IMG/VR virus record: IMGVR_UViG_3300027777_000001
Location: 10,080-74,079 of that record
Reading direction: 5' to 3' (one strand)
DNA length: 64,000 nucleotides
From: a virus
Positions 29,982 through 38,918 of this stretch are shown piece after piece. Below the pieces are notes generated by a model that was not told where the DNA came from, did no database searches, and saw nothing but the letters and a program-made list of their open reading frames with translations. Position 1 is the first letter of the stretch. Each line of letters begins with the position of its first letter. Position numbers and translations under genes: made by a program.

Positions 29982-30067
29982 TGCGGTGATTTACCTGTTT
30001 ATGCGGGTCTCGAGCCAGTAAAACCTAATCTGTGTGAATTCTGTGTGAATTCATTTTGAGAAGGGTT

Positions 30068-31285
30068 TTACGCCTCATTTCCATAGGCACTAGGCAAGGA
30101 TTTCTGAAAGTTCTTGGGTATCCATTTGCCATATCTCTTGAACACCATCTCGGCATCCACATGACCCATCTGCTGAGCCAACCAGAAAGGGTTAGCACCA
30201 TTGGTCAGTAAAGTCGATGCGTAAGTATGCCTGATTTGGTAGAGGTTACGGTAGCGGATCTTAGAGCGTTCAAACAAAGGTTCCCAAAAGGTACGAACGA
30301 TCTGCTGTTCTCGAGCCCATGGTTGACCGGATCGAGGGTTCATCCAGACTCTGCCATTGTCCTCATGCTCAAGCTCTTGTTGCTGAGCCAGTGCCTCAAT
30401 CGCTGAGACATTCAGATCAATCTCGCGGGCTCCTGAAGAGGTCTTAGGAGCTTTCTCAAACTGTCCCACCACATCCCCACGCCTGCCTGTGACCTCGTTG
30501 GTCGAGATCCTGACAAGCTTCTTATCCATGTCGATTGACTCCCAACGCAGAGCAATAAACTCTCCTGGTCGCAATCCTGTGGCAAACCAGAACTGAAGGG
30601 TAGAGCGTTCGTCTGACCGACAAGCTTTAAGTAAAGCTGCAACCTCTTCATGGTCAAAGGGTTCAATGGCTCCACGTTTGGACTTGGTGCTGGTCTGGCT
30701 AAGTAGCTTCTTGAGTGCAACATTATCCAATGGATTGGATTCAATCAAGTCATCGTTCAGAGCATCCTCTAGTGCTGATCGAAGTGGGGTAAGCCTGTTC
30801 CTTACGGTCTTGGCAGTTACCCCAAGCCCAGCAATCCATGTTCTTAATACAGGTGCTGTCAGTTCGTTGATCGGTAGCTTGTCAAAAGCAGGGATCAAGA
30901 TCGAGTTAATGATCTTGTAATAGCCCTGATATGACGAAGGTGACAACGTATCGTTCTCAGTCTGCTTGTCATAGATCCCAAGCTGAGCCCTAAGTAAATC
31001 ACCAATGGTTCGTTTGTGGATAACCTTGACTACACCCTTAGTGACCTTGGGTGAGTCAGGGAAATACTTAGCGTATTCAAACGTACCATCAGCAATCTTT
31101 CGACGGATTTCACTTCTCAAACTAGCTGCATAATCAATGTTTGTTTTATTGATCTTGCAGACTGGTAATAACTCACGACATTGCTGACTCTCGAAACTGA
31201 ACGCAATCTGAATGCGTTGAATCTCTCGGTCAGTCCTTATTGCTATGCCAACTGGCGTTTCAGGGGAACCTGACTCTCGACCCAT
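30068..31285 (-). CDS. int: Tyrosine integrase with N-terminal arm-binding domain
   Basis: TGLRPGE (R), PKT (K), YQIRHTYAS, QMGH, RYGKW (Y); DUF3596-like N-terminus. Confidence 0.95.
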   Translation of the reverse strand: MGRESGSPETPVGIAIRTDREIQRIQIAFSFESQQCRELLPVCKINKTNIDYAASLRSEIRRKIADGTFEYAKYFPDSPKVTKGVVKVIHKRTIGDLLRAQLGIYDKQTENDTLSPSSYQGYYKIINSILIPAFDKLPINELTAPVLRTWIAGLGVTAKTVRNRLTPLRSALEDALNDDLIESNPLDNVALKKLLSQTSTKSKRGAIEPFDHEEVAALLKACRSDERSTLQFWFATGLRPGEFIALRWESIDMDKKLVRISTNEVTGRRGDVVGQFEKAPKTSSGAREIDLNVSAIEALAQQQELEHEDNGRVWMNPRSGQPWAREQQIVRTFWEPLFERSKIRYRNLYQIRHTYASTLLTNGANPFWLAQQMGHVDAEMVFKRYGKWIPKNFQKSLPSAYGNEA

Positions 31286-31446
31286 TTCTCAACCTCGGTG
31301 GGATTAATCCAAATGCTACCTTCGCGTTTGACCCACTGTACTCCTTCTGTCCATTTACGGTTTCTACGCCTTGCTCGGACAGCCTCGGAGGTATCTCCTG
31401 AGAGATCACAATACTTATTGATCTTGACCCATTTCATTGCAAGCAT
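31243..31446 (-). CDS. xis: Excisionase / recombination directionality factor
   Basis: Small basic winged-helix-like KWV...KYC..SGDT..AV......W.EG..W....IWIN...VEKWVE; overlaps int start. Confidence 0.8.
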   Translation of the reverse strand: MLAMKWVKINKYCDLSGDTSEAVRARRRNRKWTEGVQWVKREGSIWINPTEVEKWVESQVPLKRQLA

Positions 31447-31448
31447 GG

Positions 31449-31754
31449 TTATTTTCCTCGAGTGTTAGGGTTGGTACTTGAGTTAGGGTTCTGGTTTGAG
31501 TTGGTGTCAGGAGTCGTACTTGACCCTTTAGGTGCAGCAGGCTTGGCACCATCAGCAGGGGTAATGATTGAGATACCTTTGCCAGTGTTGTTGTAGATCA
31601 TGCTGGAGGTATTGTCATCGTTGATGATGAGGGAGTTCTCACCCATGGGTAAGACCATCCCACTCTTGCCCGTACGTTCATCGAAGAAGAACTGGGCTTG
31701 AACCATTGATGATGCACCAAGGCTCAAAAGTATCATTAATAGAACACGTTTCAT
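31449..31754 (-). CDS. Secreted hypothetical protein
   Basis: Signal peptide ending VQA; low-complexity C-terminus. Confidence 0.65.
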   Translation of the reverse strand: MKRVLLMILLSLGASSMVQAQFFFDERTGKSGMVLPMGENSLIINDDNTSSMIYNNTGKGISIITPADGAKPAAPKGSSTTPDTNSNQNPNSSTNPNTRGK

Positions 31755-31760
31755 TTTTAA

Positions 31761-32006
31761 CTACCTTGAAAGATTAGACAGACGCACAGCTGCACGGTGA
31801 ATCCGAGCATTGAACCAGCGTCTGATTGCGTATGATCTAGCGACTGAGATCACGGTGTAGATACCTCCCATCAATAGGTTGTCAGAAAGACTGATATGCA
31901 TATTGAAGAGAGGGAAGATCAAAAGATTGGCCACATAATTAATACTGAAACCAATGGCTACGTTGATCCAAGCCTCGATAAAGCTTCCCGTCTTAGTCTG
32001 AGACAT
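31761..32006 (-). CDS. Small two-TM protein
   Basis: Start MSQTK; S.IEA..NV.IG...RSY..RRWFN pattern. Confidence 0.7.
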   Translation of the reverse strand: MSQTKTGSFIEAWINVAIGFSINYVANLLIFPLFNMHISLSDNLLMGGIYTVISVARSYAIRRWFNARIHRAAVRLSNLSR

Positions 32007-32397
32007 TGAATACTCCCTTAGGACGATCATCCCCTTCGGGATAGAACTTTTCATAATGAGCCAACATCATCACATTGCACATCATGTGTGCTGTGTGAGG
32101 TAAGCCAGACTCAGGATCTAAGTGCTCACCATTTTGCCAAGCAGTTAGATGACGTTGAAGTGAGTCGTACGGGACAGACCAATCTGCACCCTTAGCCCAG
32201 TTCCAAGCAGCGTACTTCTTGGCTCCGTATTCCCAGACCCGAGCTGTGTCCTCGAGCAGGCTCATGGGGATGAGATGAAACTTAGGCTTACCGAAGTTGT
32301 ACCTAGCGCCTGATCCTTTGGCTGTGCTCGTTACGTCACCTATACCGGAACCGTGCTTCGCATTGATGTTCACAATGCCACCGTTAATGGTACTCAT
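31993..32397 (-). CDS. dATP/dGTP diphosphohydrolase-domain protein (DUF5664-like)
   Basis: GKP...LIP, YGAKKY..WNW.KG, RHL.AW..GE..DPESGLPH.AH. Confidence 0.85.
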   Translation of the reverse strand: MSTINGGIVNINAKHGSGIGDVTSTAKGSGARYNFGKPKFHLIPMSLLEDTARVWEYGAKKYAAWNWAKGADWSVPYDSLQRHLTAWQNGEHLDPESGLPHTAHMMCNVMMLAHYEKFYPEGDDRPKGVFNVSD

Positions 32398-32582
32398 TGT
32401 TGTTTCTTATAACGGGTTTCATTAGCAGCAGTCTGGGTGTTAGCAAGATGCACCACAGACTGATTCAAACGAATCTGATTCACAGCAGCATCCCATCCTG
32501 CACACCAGAAGTCATACGCCAAGACTTCATTCTTGATACCCATGTGAGCATCGTAGGTCTTGCGGTAGAGTCGATCTTTCAT
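32394..32582 (-). CDS. Hypothetical protein
   Basis: 62 aa, ATGA-coupled. Confidence 0.5.
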   Translation of the reverse strand: MKDRLYRKTYDAHMGIKNEVLAYDFWCAGWDAAVNQIRLNQSVVHLANTQTAANETRYKKQQ

Positions 32583-32585
32583 GGT

Positions 32586-32972
32586 TTAGCTCCGGTGAAC
32601 GTCTTGAGCAGCCAAACTTCTAGCGGCTGATTCAGACAGGGTTTTAAGTTTCTGGGTAACATACTCTTGAGCTTGCACCCGACTGTTATCATTAAAGAGA
32701 GCTTTAATGAGAAGCAGAAACTGATCGGGTTCAAGAACATCTCGCAGATACTCTGCAAAGCTGTCTTGGGTGTACTCAATCAAATCGAGCATCACAGACT
32801 CACGGTTCTGAGCTGCGAGGTCTAGAAGCTCATCCTTGAGCTCCTCTTGATATACGCCCACCTGGGACTCGTAATACTTTTCCTCTGCCAAGCTAAGCTC
32901 TTGTGCATCGCCCGTGCGTGAGGGGTCATCAGGACAGGCCGAGGGGCCATCCCGTTCATATACATAGGACAT
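32586..32972 (-). CDS. Hypothetical protein
   Basis: 128 aa acidic ORF with SD ggag. Confidence 0.65.
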   Translation of the reverse strand: MSYVYERDGPSACPDDPSRTGDAQELSLAEEKYYESQVGVYQEELKDELLDLAAQNRESVMLDLIEYTQDSFAEYLRDVLEPDQFLLLIKALFNDNSRVQAQEYVTQKLKTLSESAARSLAAQDVHRS

Positions 32973-33000
32973 GGTGTTTCTCCGATTGGAGGGTGTGGGT

Positions 33001-33246
33001 CTAGCTAGGGATGTAACCGTCTTCTTCGTCGTAAGAGGTCACTGTGAAATCCCCTTGATTGCCAAGGATGGGATCATCATGTTGGAAGTAGTAGAAGACT
33101 TCTTCATCATCTAGGATGGGGGAACTGGATTCAGAGGCATCTTGCTTGCTATCTTTACCCCAGACTACACAGCTACGATCAAAGGATTCTGATGGATGAG
33201 TGTCGTTCCAATAACACGTAATGTAGATAATTCGATCAGTGTTCAT
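33001..33246 (-). CDS. Hypothetical protein
   Basis: 81 aa, ATGA-coupled to upstream ORF. Confidence 0.6.
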   Translation of the reverse strand: MNTDRIIYITCYWNDTHPSESFDRSCVVWGKDSKQDASESSSPILDDEEVFYYFQHDDPILGNQGDFTVTSYDEEDGYIPS

Positions 33247-33395
33247 GGTTTAAACGACTCTTGCCACGCTATAAAGATCCGATCAGCTTCAGTTAGACTC
33301 AAGCCAAACTTATTGACAAGATATTCAGGGGCTCCCCACATATTGGTCACTCCAGAATCACGGAGCTTAACTAGGTACTCAAAATACTTATCCAT
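33243..33395 (-). CDS. Small phage protein (not in ORF track)
   Basis: MDKYFEYLVKLRDSGVTNMWGAPEYL..., 50 aa, fills the gap exactly. Confidence 0.7.
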   Translation of the reverse strand: MDKYFEYLVKLRDSGVTNMWGAPEYLVNKFGLSLTEADRIFIAWQESFKP

Positions 33396-33915
33396 GGTTT
33401 TTATTCCTTAATAAGAGTTCGATGGCGTGGGCAATCAATAATTCATAATCTCCAGAAAAAATTTGAATTTCATCAATCAATTTTATGCATTCAACGTCCG
33501 TCAGCCCGACCCATTTACGCTTGGGTGGTGCAAGATACAGTGGCTTCATGTGGTGCTTGTCAAAGCTGTACTCGGTCAACCACTCAAACTTAGCCTCGTT
33601 CCAATTAAACCTAGCAACAGGCTCTTGCTCAGGCTTGGCTAACTCTGTAATGGGGTCGCACCAGCAAGGAGTACCGTCTGTGCTATGCACTCTCGGTTCT
33701 GTAAATAGCGTTTCAATACGCCTCGCAAGTTCTCTTCGACTTCGCTTTCCACTGCTGTCCCATCGGATAATGATCTCGTAAATTTGTTCTTGTGTTGGCT
33801 CAGGCTTGGCTAACGCTTCTTGATACTCAGCCCTAGTAATCGTGATGCGCTCAACTTCAACACTATTGCCTGAAGTAAATTTCTCGCTGATTAATTTCAT
33901 AATTTCACGGCTCAT
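33388..33915 (-). CDS. Mosaic hypothetical protein
   Basis: Start MSREIM; repeated LAKPE..EPVA and WVGLTD.E segments. Confidence 0.6.
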   Translation of the reverse strand: MSREIMKLISEKFTSGNSVEVERITITRAEYQEALAKPEPTQEQIYEIIIRWDSSGKRSRRELARRIETLFTEPRVHSTDGTPCWCDPITELAKPEQEPVARFNWNEAKFEWLTEYSFDKHHMKPLYLAPPKRKWVGLTDVECIKLIDEIQIFSGDYELLIAHAIELLLRNKNHG

Positions 33916-34154
33916 TTCGTCACCTCGTCTAGTGCGTAGAGTGGAATGCAATACTCAACATCTTTATCGGTAGTGCAATCCATAATTTGATCGTTTAAAC
34001 CTTTAAACCCGTAGCCCACAGGCTTTAACTCCCGCAACTCACGGGCTGCGGTGAGGGCAACATCGTGGCGTAATTTTGTCAGCCCCAAAACGCCTGTGTC
34101 GTTTGTGTGATGTGCTGATTCAAACGCATTGATAATTAAATCAAGTTTGTTCAT
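33912..34154 (-). CDS. Hypothetical protein
   Basis: 80 aa, ATGA-coupled. Confidence 0.6.
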   Translation of the reverse strand: MNKLDLIINAFESAHHTNDTGVLGLTKLRHDVALTAARELRELKPVGYGFKGLNDQIMDCTTDKDVEYCIPLYALDEVTK

Positions 34155-34312
34155 GTCAAACCTTTTTCTTTTATCTTCTCAACGTATCGATTGAGAGCTT
34201 CAAGTACAGCAGGTTCTAGTGCAATCACAATATTCGTGTGATTGTTAACTGCAAGCCATACGTGATAACCATCTGTGCTTGCATAGACTCCATCACCTAA
34301 ATATGTTTCCAT
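34151..34312 (-). CDS. Small hypothetical protein (not in ORF track)
   Basis: METYLGDGVYASTDGYHVWL..., 53 aa, SD ggag, fills the gap. Confidence 0.65.
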   Translation of the reverse strand: METYLGDGVYASTDGYHVWLAVNNHTNIVIALEPAVLEALNRYVEKIKEKGLT

Positions 34313-34315
34313 TTC

Positions 34316-34717
34316 TTACTCCAAAATTGTTTGTGCGATTAGATCTTTGTAACCAGACCAAGCAGGGTGAATACCATCAGGTTGCATGAGCTTGGTACCG
34401 ATAATCTTGTCACCATAGAAAGCAGCAAGCACCATGACCATCTCTTGAATCTCTGGCTTGATGTTAGGCATGATCCAATAGACATGGTTTGATTGCACAC
34501 GCTCACGGATAGCAACTAACTCAGCGTAGGTCTCAACCCCTTTATGGTCATTGGTTCCTAAGCTGATAATCACCACACCTGCTGTGAGTACGTTATTTGC
34601 GTACAGATGATTGAACTGTGAAGTGTTGATTCCAGTCTGCCCAACCAGTTGACATTGACGGGCTACCATCTGAGTACCCACAGCAATGCTGTCACCTAGG
34701 ATTAAGCATTCAATCAT
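34316..34717 (-). CDS. SGNH/GDSL hydrolase-like protein
   Basis: GDSIA, GTND, DGIHP blocks. Confidence 0.8.
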   Translation of the reverse strand: MIECLILGDSIAVGTQMVARQCQLVGQTGINTSQFNHLYANNVLTAGVVIISLGTNDHKGVETYAELVAIRERVQSNHVYWIMPNIKPEIQEMVMVLAAFYGDKIIGTKLMQPDGIHPAWSGYKDLIAQTILE

Positions 34718-35042
34718 CAGACACCTCGTACATAGCGCTTAACTTAACTTCTCCCCTAGTTTCTCTTGTAGCAATTAAAAGCTTCCCCATACCTTCAGCT
34801 TGTTTAAATGCATCCTCTTGGTTAAGGGCATTAATTCGATAAATCTGTTTAAAACCAAAGCAAACTTCAACGGTAAATGGCTGATGATTTAACTCGGGGA
34901 ATGTTGTTTCTAATCCTTGGATAGTTATTAGATGGGCATCCCAATCATGGAATGAATCGTGATTACCTTTCTTGTAATCCTCAAGACTACCTTGCAGATC
35001 TGCATAGGCACACTTGATAGCAAACATCTGTTCTTGGTTCAT
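34710..35042 (-). CDS. Hypothetical protein with C-terminal DpnD/PcfM-like repeat
   Basis: FTVEV......I.A.NQEDA...AE. Confidence 0.55.
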   Translation of the reverse strand: MNQEQMFAIKCAYADLQGSLEDYKKGNHDSFHDWDAHLITIQGLETTFPELNHQPFTVEVCFGFKQIYRINALNQEDAFKQAEGMGKLLIATRETRGEVKLSAMYEVSDD

Positions 35043-35392
35043 TCTGAAATCTCCTCAACGCCTACGACTTGAACCAAACGAATTTCGGATTCGGTTAGTC
35101 CATCGCAATTGGCTAAGTCGTGAATACTGTTCCCAGCTGACTTTTCATCTGTGCTCACAATTTCGTAGAATTTACGTCCTACGAAATCTACTTCGACTCT
35201 AAACTTTCGTTTATCATCTAGATCTTCCACGGCATAATGTGCGTCAGAATAAAAGTCCAACTCAAGAAGCTCCTGTTTGGCTGCAAGCTCATCACCTAAA
35301 GCGCGGGCATCACAAGCGTCCTCGGCTTCAACTTCATAAGTCGTATCAGCACTGAACGTGACATGAACGGTGTATTTCTTTTTGGTTGTCAT
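35039..35392 (-). CDS. Protein with two DpnD/PcfM-like repeats
   Basis: KKYTVHV......EVEAED and RKFRVEV......EIVSTD. Confidence 0.6.
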   Translation of the reverse strand: MTTKKKYTVHVTFSADTTYEVEAEDACDARALGDELAAKQELLELDFYSDAHYAVEDLDDKRKFRVEVDFVGRKFYEIVSTDEKSAGNSIHDLANCDGLTESEIRLVQVVGVEEISE

Positions 35393-35577
35393 CTCGTGAT
35401 TTCCTGTGCGTCACCAATCTCAGTAGATACGTGAGTACCAGCAACGAAATTGATGGGGTCGTGTTGAGCTAAGTCAGCAGCAATGTCTTCAGCTTGGGTA
35501 GAGTTATCAGCCTCGATCTCATAAGATGCATAAGCCAAGAACGTAACGTCTACTAGGTATTTCGTTTTGGTTGTCAT
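35389..35577 (-). CDS. DpnD/PcfM-like small protein
   Basis: KYLVDVTF....YEIEADN..QAEDIA. Confidence 0.6.
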   Translation of the reverse strand: MTTKTKYLVDVTFLAYASYEIEADNSTQAEDIAADLAQHDPINFVAGTHVSTEIGDAQEITR

Positions 35578-35747
35578 TCTTTGACCTCATTCAATTCATA
35601 GATGTCAACGTCTGCCGTTTCAATATTGATGGGTGCGTCCTCATCCCATAATCCGTAAGCTTTCGTATCAGCTTCATTCCTATCTTCAGCTTCAAAGATA
35701 ATTTCTTGATAATTTGTCATTACCAGTACGACTTTAAATTTAGGCAC
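35574..35747 (-). CDS. DpnD/PcfM-like small protein (not in ORF track)
   Basis: GTG start with SD aagga; MPKFKVVLVMTNYQEIIFEAEDRNEA..., 57 aa. Confidence 0.6.
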   Translation of the reverse strand: MPKFKVVLVMTNYQEIIFEAEDRNEADTKAYGLWDEDAPINIETADVDIYELNEVKE

Positions 35748-35765
35748 GTTTTGTTTCCTTGGTTG

Positions 35766-35996
35766 TCATTCTGGTATCTCCACAACTTTGTAATCACTCA
35801 GGGAATAAGCTTCTTCCATATCGCCATCTAAGACTGCTTGGCGTACATCGTTTAAGAAGCTACGCAGCTCAAGGGTGGCTGCTAGTCGGGTAGGGTAAGT
35901 TGATGGGCACTCTTTATCGTTGTCATCAATGTCTGACCAACAGTTAATAAACCCGTCACAGAGCGTGTACGTGTGAACCTCGAAATGGCTCATCAC
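35766..35996 (-). CDS. Hypothetical protein
   Basis: 76 aa, coupled to neighbour. Confidence 0.6.
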   Translation of the reverse strand: MMSHFEVHTYTLCDGFINCWSDIDDNDKECPSTYPTRLAATLELRSFLNDVRQAVLDGDMEEAYSLSDYKVVEIPE

Positions 35997-36208
35997 TTCC
36001 TCGCTTTAATCGTAGAGATTGCATCAGAAACAGTTTCCCAATTGATACCATCGTTAGCGTCAAACGTCTCAACGAGGTACTCCATGACAAGGAGTACTTG
36101 TTTCTTAGAAAGCTTCACCTCATCCAACTCTGCTTGACTGAGAATATCTTCAACATCCCAGTCATCACGAATAAAGGTGCGACCGTTTTCAGTAACAATA
36201 TGTGCCAT
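35993..36208 (-). CDS. Hypothetical protein
   Basis: W..EDI...DAN.GINWE motif; SD ggag. Confidence 0.65.
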   Translation of the reverse strand: MAHIVTENGRTFIRDDWDVEDILSQAELDEVKLSKKQVLLVMEYLVETFDANDGINWETVSDAISTIKARK

Positions 36209-36226
36209 ATCAACTCCAATAGACGT

Positions 36227-36252
36227 AAAAAAACCAGCAGGATGCTGGTTTG
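36227..36252 (-). terminator. Intrinsic terminator after DNA polymerase
   Basis: aaaccagca-gga-tgctggttt with U-tract on - strand. Confidence 0.7.
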
Positions 36253-36294
36253 TATAAATAAGTCCCGGCCTTTCACCGGGGTGGGGCGAGTCGA

Positions 36295-38910
36295 TCAGAC
36301 CAACTTATGCTCCGCCTTAGCCGCATCACAGAGCTCTCGAATGCCATCTTCGCTTGCTCCGTTAGGTAAGGTGACAGCATGAGCCCAAGAGGGCCAGTAC
36401 AGGTCTAACGCTGCGCCTAGCTTGACCGTGTCATGTAAGAGCTCGGGAAGCTCTTGCCATTGCATCGATTTAATCAATTCCGTATTCGCCCAATGCACAG
36501 TTTCGGCTACATCACGAACTAGGATGTAGATAGCATCATGTATCATGGCTGTCGGTTTGATATCCAGACGATATTTAGAAGCCCAGACCTTCTGCATGAA
36601 GTCCACAGCAGCACGGTTATTCAATAAGCCATAACTCTGACCCATTGCATTACCCGCTGTGCGTCCCTCGGCCTGTGCCTCAAAAGGAATGTGAGTACTA
36701 CCAAAGATCACTTGTTTAAGAAGTGGGGTACGTACTCTTAATCCAAAAGCAACTTCTACAAATCCATCTTTACTGGCTTGTTCAAGACGGGCTTGAATAA
36801 AGTCATCACTGGCTTTGTATAACGTGTGATACCCAGCTTCGATATCTTTGGCTTTGGCTTCAGAGAAACCAAGGCTATTAACCAAGGTTCTCCAAGTGCC
36901 TTGATAAGACAATGCAAAGGTAGCAGTCTTGGATTCTTGACGAAACTCAGGATAGAGTTTCTTCATAGAATTGATTGACGCTACCGTATCCACAATGTCA
37001 GGGCACAAGTCTTTGAAGTACGAATACGCTCTTAGACAGTGACCATCGTAGCCATCGGTATAGACCTTTAGCTTGTTTGGATCCTTGGTGGTAAGCGCAG
37101 ACACATAATCCTCGAGAGAATTAAAGTCAGCCCCTGCAAGAATCCAACCAGGTGGAGCTTGGAAACATTCCTTTACAGACTTACCAAAGGTAGAGTTTGC
37201 AGGTAGATTTTGCATATTCGGGTCTGAGCTCGATAACCTACCAGACACAGTGCCACCAAGATTGAAGCTGCCATGTAGATACCGCATCCCATCGTCTTTA
37301 ACCAAGCCTCTTTCAAAGGCAGGGATAAAGGTAGACAGGATCTTAGTGACTTTCCCGTAGCCAATGATGGCTTCAAGGAGAGTCTTATAAGAAGGTATCT
37401 GTGTATGGTTCAGTAGCTTCTCAATGGTGTCAGCACCCGTAGATGGTTGCTTAGTCTCAGTCAGATCAATCACAGGTAAACGCATTTGCTCGTACAGCAA
37501 GACCTGCAGCTGAGGGTTGCTGTTAGGGTTGAACGCCACATCACTGTACTTGGACAATGGATGTTGCTTGGTCTTCAACTTAGCGTTAGCAGCTTGCATC
37601 ACACTGGTTTGATGGATTAGGTTGAAAGCCTTAATCAAACCATTGTTATCAAAGACCGCTAAGTGCTTAGCCTGTTCAGCCAGCAGATCAGCTTTGACAT
37701 CGATGATCGCTTGCTCAGACATAGGCATCCCTGTGAGCTCCATCTGAATAATGAGCTTCAGACTTGGTAGCATCAAAGACTTGTACAGTTCCTCTTGGTT
37801 ATCAGCTTGCATGATTGGGTAATACTTAGCCAACACATAGTTCGTAGACAACGCATCCACCAAGTTGTATTGCAAGAGCTCAGGTAAAGGGATACGGGTG
37901 ATATCTTTGATATCTTCCTTAGCCCAATTCCCTGCATACCCATGCGCCAAGGATTTCAATCCAAGCACATTACCTGCAGTAGAGTTGGTTGCAAGATAAG
38001 CCACGATCTTCGTATCATTGAAGTGTCGGGTCATAATATCTAACCCAACCAGCAAGCCTTCCGTATCCAGAGGATTCTTCATCCAAAGGGTATAAATCAG
38101 AACCTTCAAATCGTAGGTTGCATTGTGCCAAGTGATGGTGCCTTTGTATTCGGTAAAGAACTCCTTGAGTAATCGTTTAACAGAGGGATTGTTCCAATAC
38201 TCTCCGAAGCCTTGCTCTGATGCAGCACGGACTCCAAAGTTAATATAATCACAAGCAAAGGCTATGCCATTATGTTGATCCCAAGCAAAGGCAATGGTAC
38301 CAATCCCAGCCTCGTTAAATCGAAGCGAGAAGGCCTCGATGTCACAGGACAGGGATTCGTATGAGTGCAGGTGTTGCAGAGCGCTGGAGATAGCTTGGAG
38401 GGTCTCAGGGTACTGTGCAGAGTGAATGATTCCATGGCCCAACGCGACATAGGAATTATCCATGGCTGAGGCCAAGGTCGACAGACTCAGATTTAGTTTC
38501 CCAATTAAGGCTGGGTTATAAATCAGAGCCTGATGGTTCAATCCAAGCACGACCATGAAATGTTCGTAGCCCGGATATTTACAAGGTAAGACATAGCCAA
38601 AATGTGGCTCAGTCTTGCCAAGTTTTGTGAGGATCTTAAAGTACGTGGGTTCAGCCACATAGAGGATCTTCACACCTAACCCATCGAGGACAGGCAAGAG
38701 TTGTTCAAGATAGTCTCTGGCTAACTTGTTCGGAATCGTTTTAGTCTGACCCGTTTTAAGTGTGAAAGCGATGAGTCTATTTGACGCTATCTTGGCTGCA
38801 TTCAATGGCTGCACATAATTAACCAACAGTTCATGCTGATTAAAGTTTGTATCTTTGATGAGTAAAGCAGTCTGATAAGAGGGCGCACTATCAAAGATGA
38901 AATGTCGCAT
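36295..38910 (-). CDS. Family A DNA polymerase (N4 gp39-like)
   Basis: Exo DIE, HNATYD; GRLSSSDPNMQN, DFNSLE, RQESKTATFALSYQG, IHDA. Confidence 0.95.
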   Translation of the reverse strand: MRHFIFDSAPSYQTALLIKDTNFNQHELLVNYVQPLNAAKIASNRLIAFTLKTGQTKTIPNKLARDYLEQLLPVLDGLGVKILYVAEPTYFKILTKLGKTEPHFGYVLPCKYPGYEHFMVVLGLNHQALIYNPALIGKLNLSLSTLASAMDNSYVALGHGIIHSAQYPETLQAISSALQHLHSYESLSCDIEAFSLRFNEAGIGTIAFAWDQHNGIAFACDYINFGVRAASEQGFGEYWNNPSVKRLLKEFFTEYKGTITWHNATYDLKVLIYTLWMKNPLDTEGLLVGLDIMTRHFNDTKIVAYLATNSTAGNVLGLKSLAHGYAGNWAKEDIKDITRIPLPELLQYNLVDALSTNYVLAKYYPIMQADNQEELYKSLMLPSLKLIIQMELTGMPMSEQAIIDVKADLLAEQAKHLAVFDNNGLIKAFNLIHQTSVMQAANAKLKTKQHPLSKYSDVAFNPNSNPQLQVLLYEQMRLPVIDLTETKQPSTGADTIEKLLNHTQIPSYKTLLEAIIGYGKVTKILSTFIPAFERGLVKDDGMRYLHGSFNLGGTVSGRLSSSDPNMQNLPANSTFGKSVKECFQAPPGWILAGADFNSLEDYVSALTTKDPNKLKVYTDGYDGHCLRAYSYFKDLCPDIVDTVASINSMKKLYPEFRQESKTATFALSYQGTWRTLVNSLGFSEAKAKDIEAGYHTLYKASDDFIQARLEQASKDGFVEVAFGLRVRTPLLKQVIFGSTHIPFEAQAEGRTAGNAMGQSYGLLNNRAAVDFMQKVWASKYRLDIKPTAMIHDAIYILVRDVAETVHWANTELIKSMQWQELPELLHDTVKLGAALDLYWPSWAHAVTLPNGASEDGIRELCDAAKAEHKLV

Positions 38911-38918
38911 AAATACCT

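Larger units (their letters stand above)
29835..30051. mobile_element. attP site: core plus integrase arm-type repeats
   Basis: CTGTGTGAATT-type repeats at 29835, 29846, 29857 and 30030, 30041 flank a tmRNA/tRNA 3'-end fragment, immediately downstream of int. Confidence 0.85.

Noticed and set aside
29956-30030. Complete tRNA or tmRNA gene
   Set aside because: Only the T-loop and 3' acceptor strand are present; upstream sequence gives no 5' acceptor, D or anticodon arm
29835-30051. CRISPR-like array from the TGTGTGAATT repeats
   Set aside because: Repeats are 11 bp, directly abutting and without spacers; consistent with integrase arm sites
31993-32397. Modified-base (dZ or 7-deazaguanine) pathway suggested by the dATP/dGTP diphosphohydrolase
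   Set aside because: No PurZ, DatZ, Que or Dpd genes recognised in the window
36880-36960. DNA polymerase residue 762 as a marker of temperate lifestyle
   Set aside because: Motif reads KTATFALSY (Phe), not the Leu variant associated with temperate phages, so it adds no support
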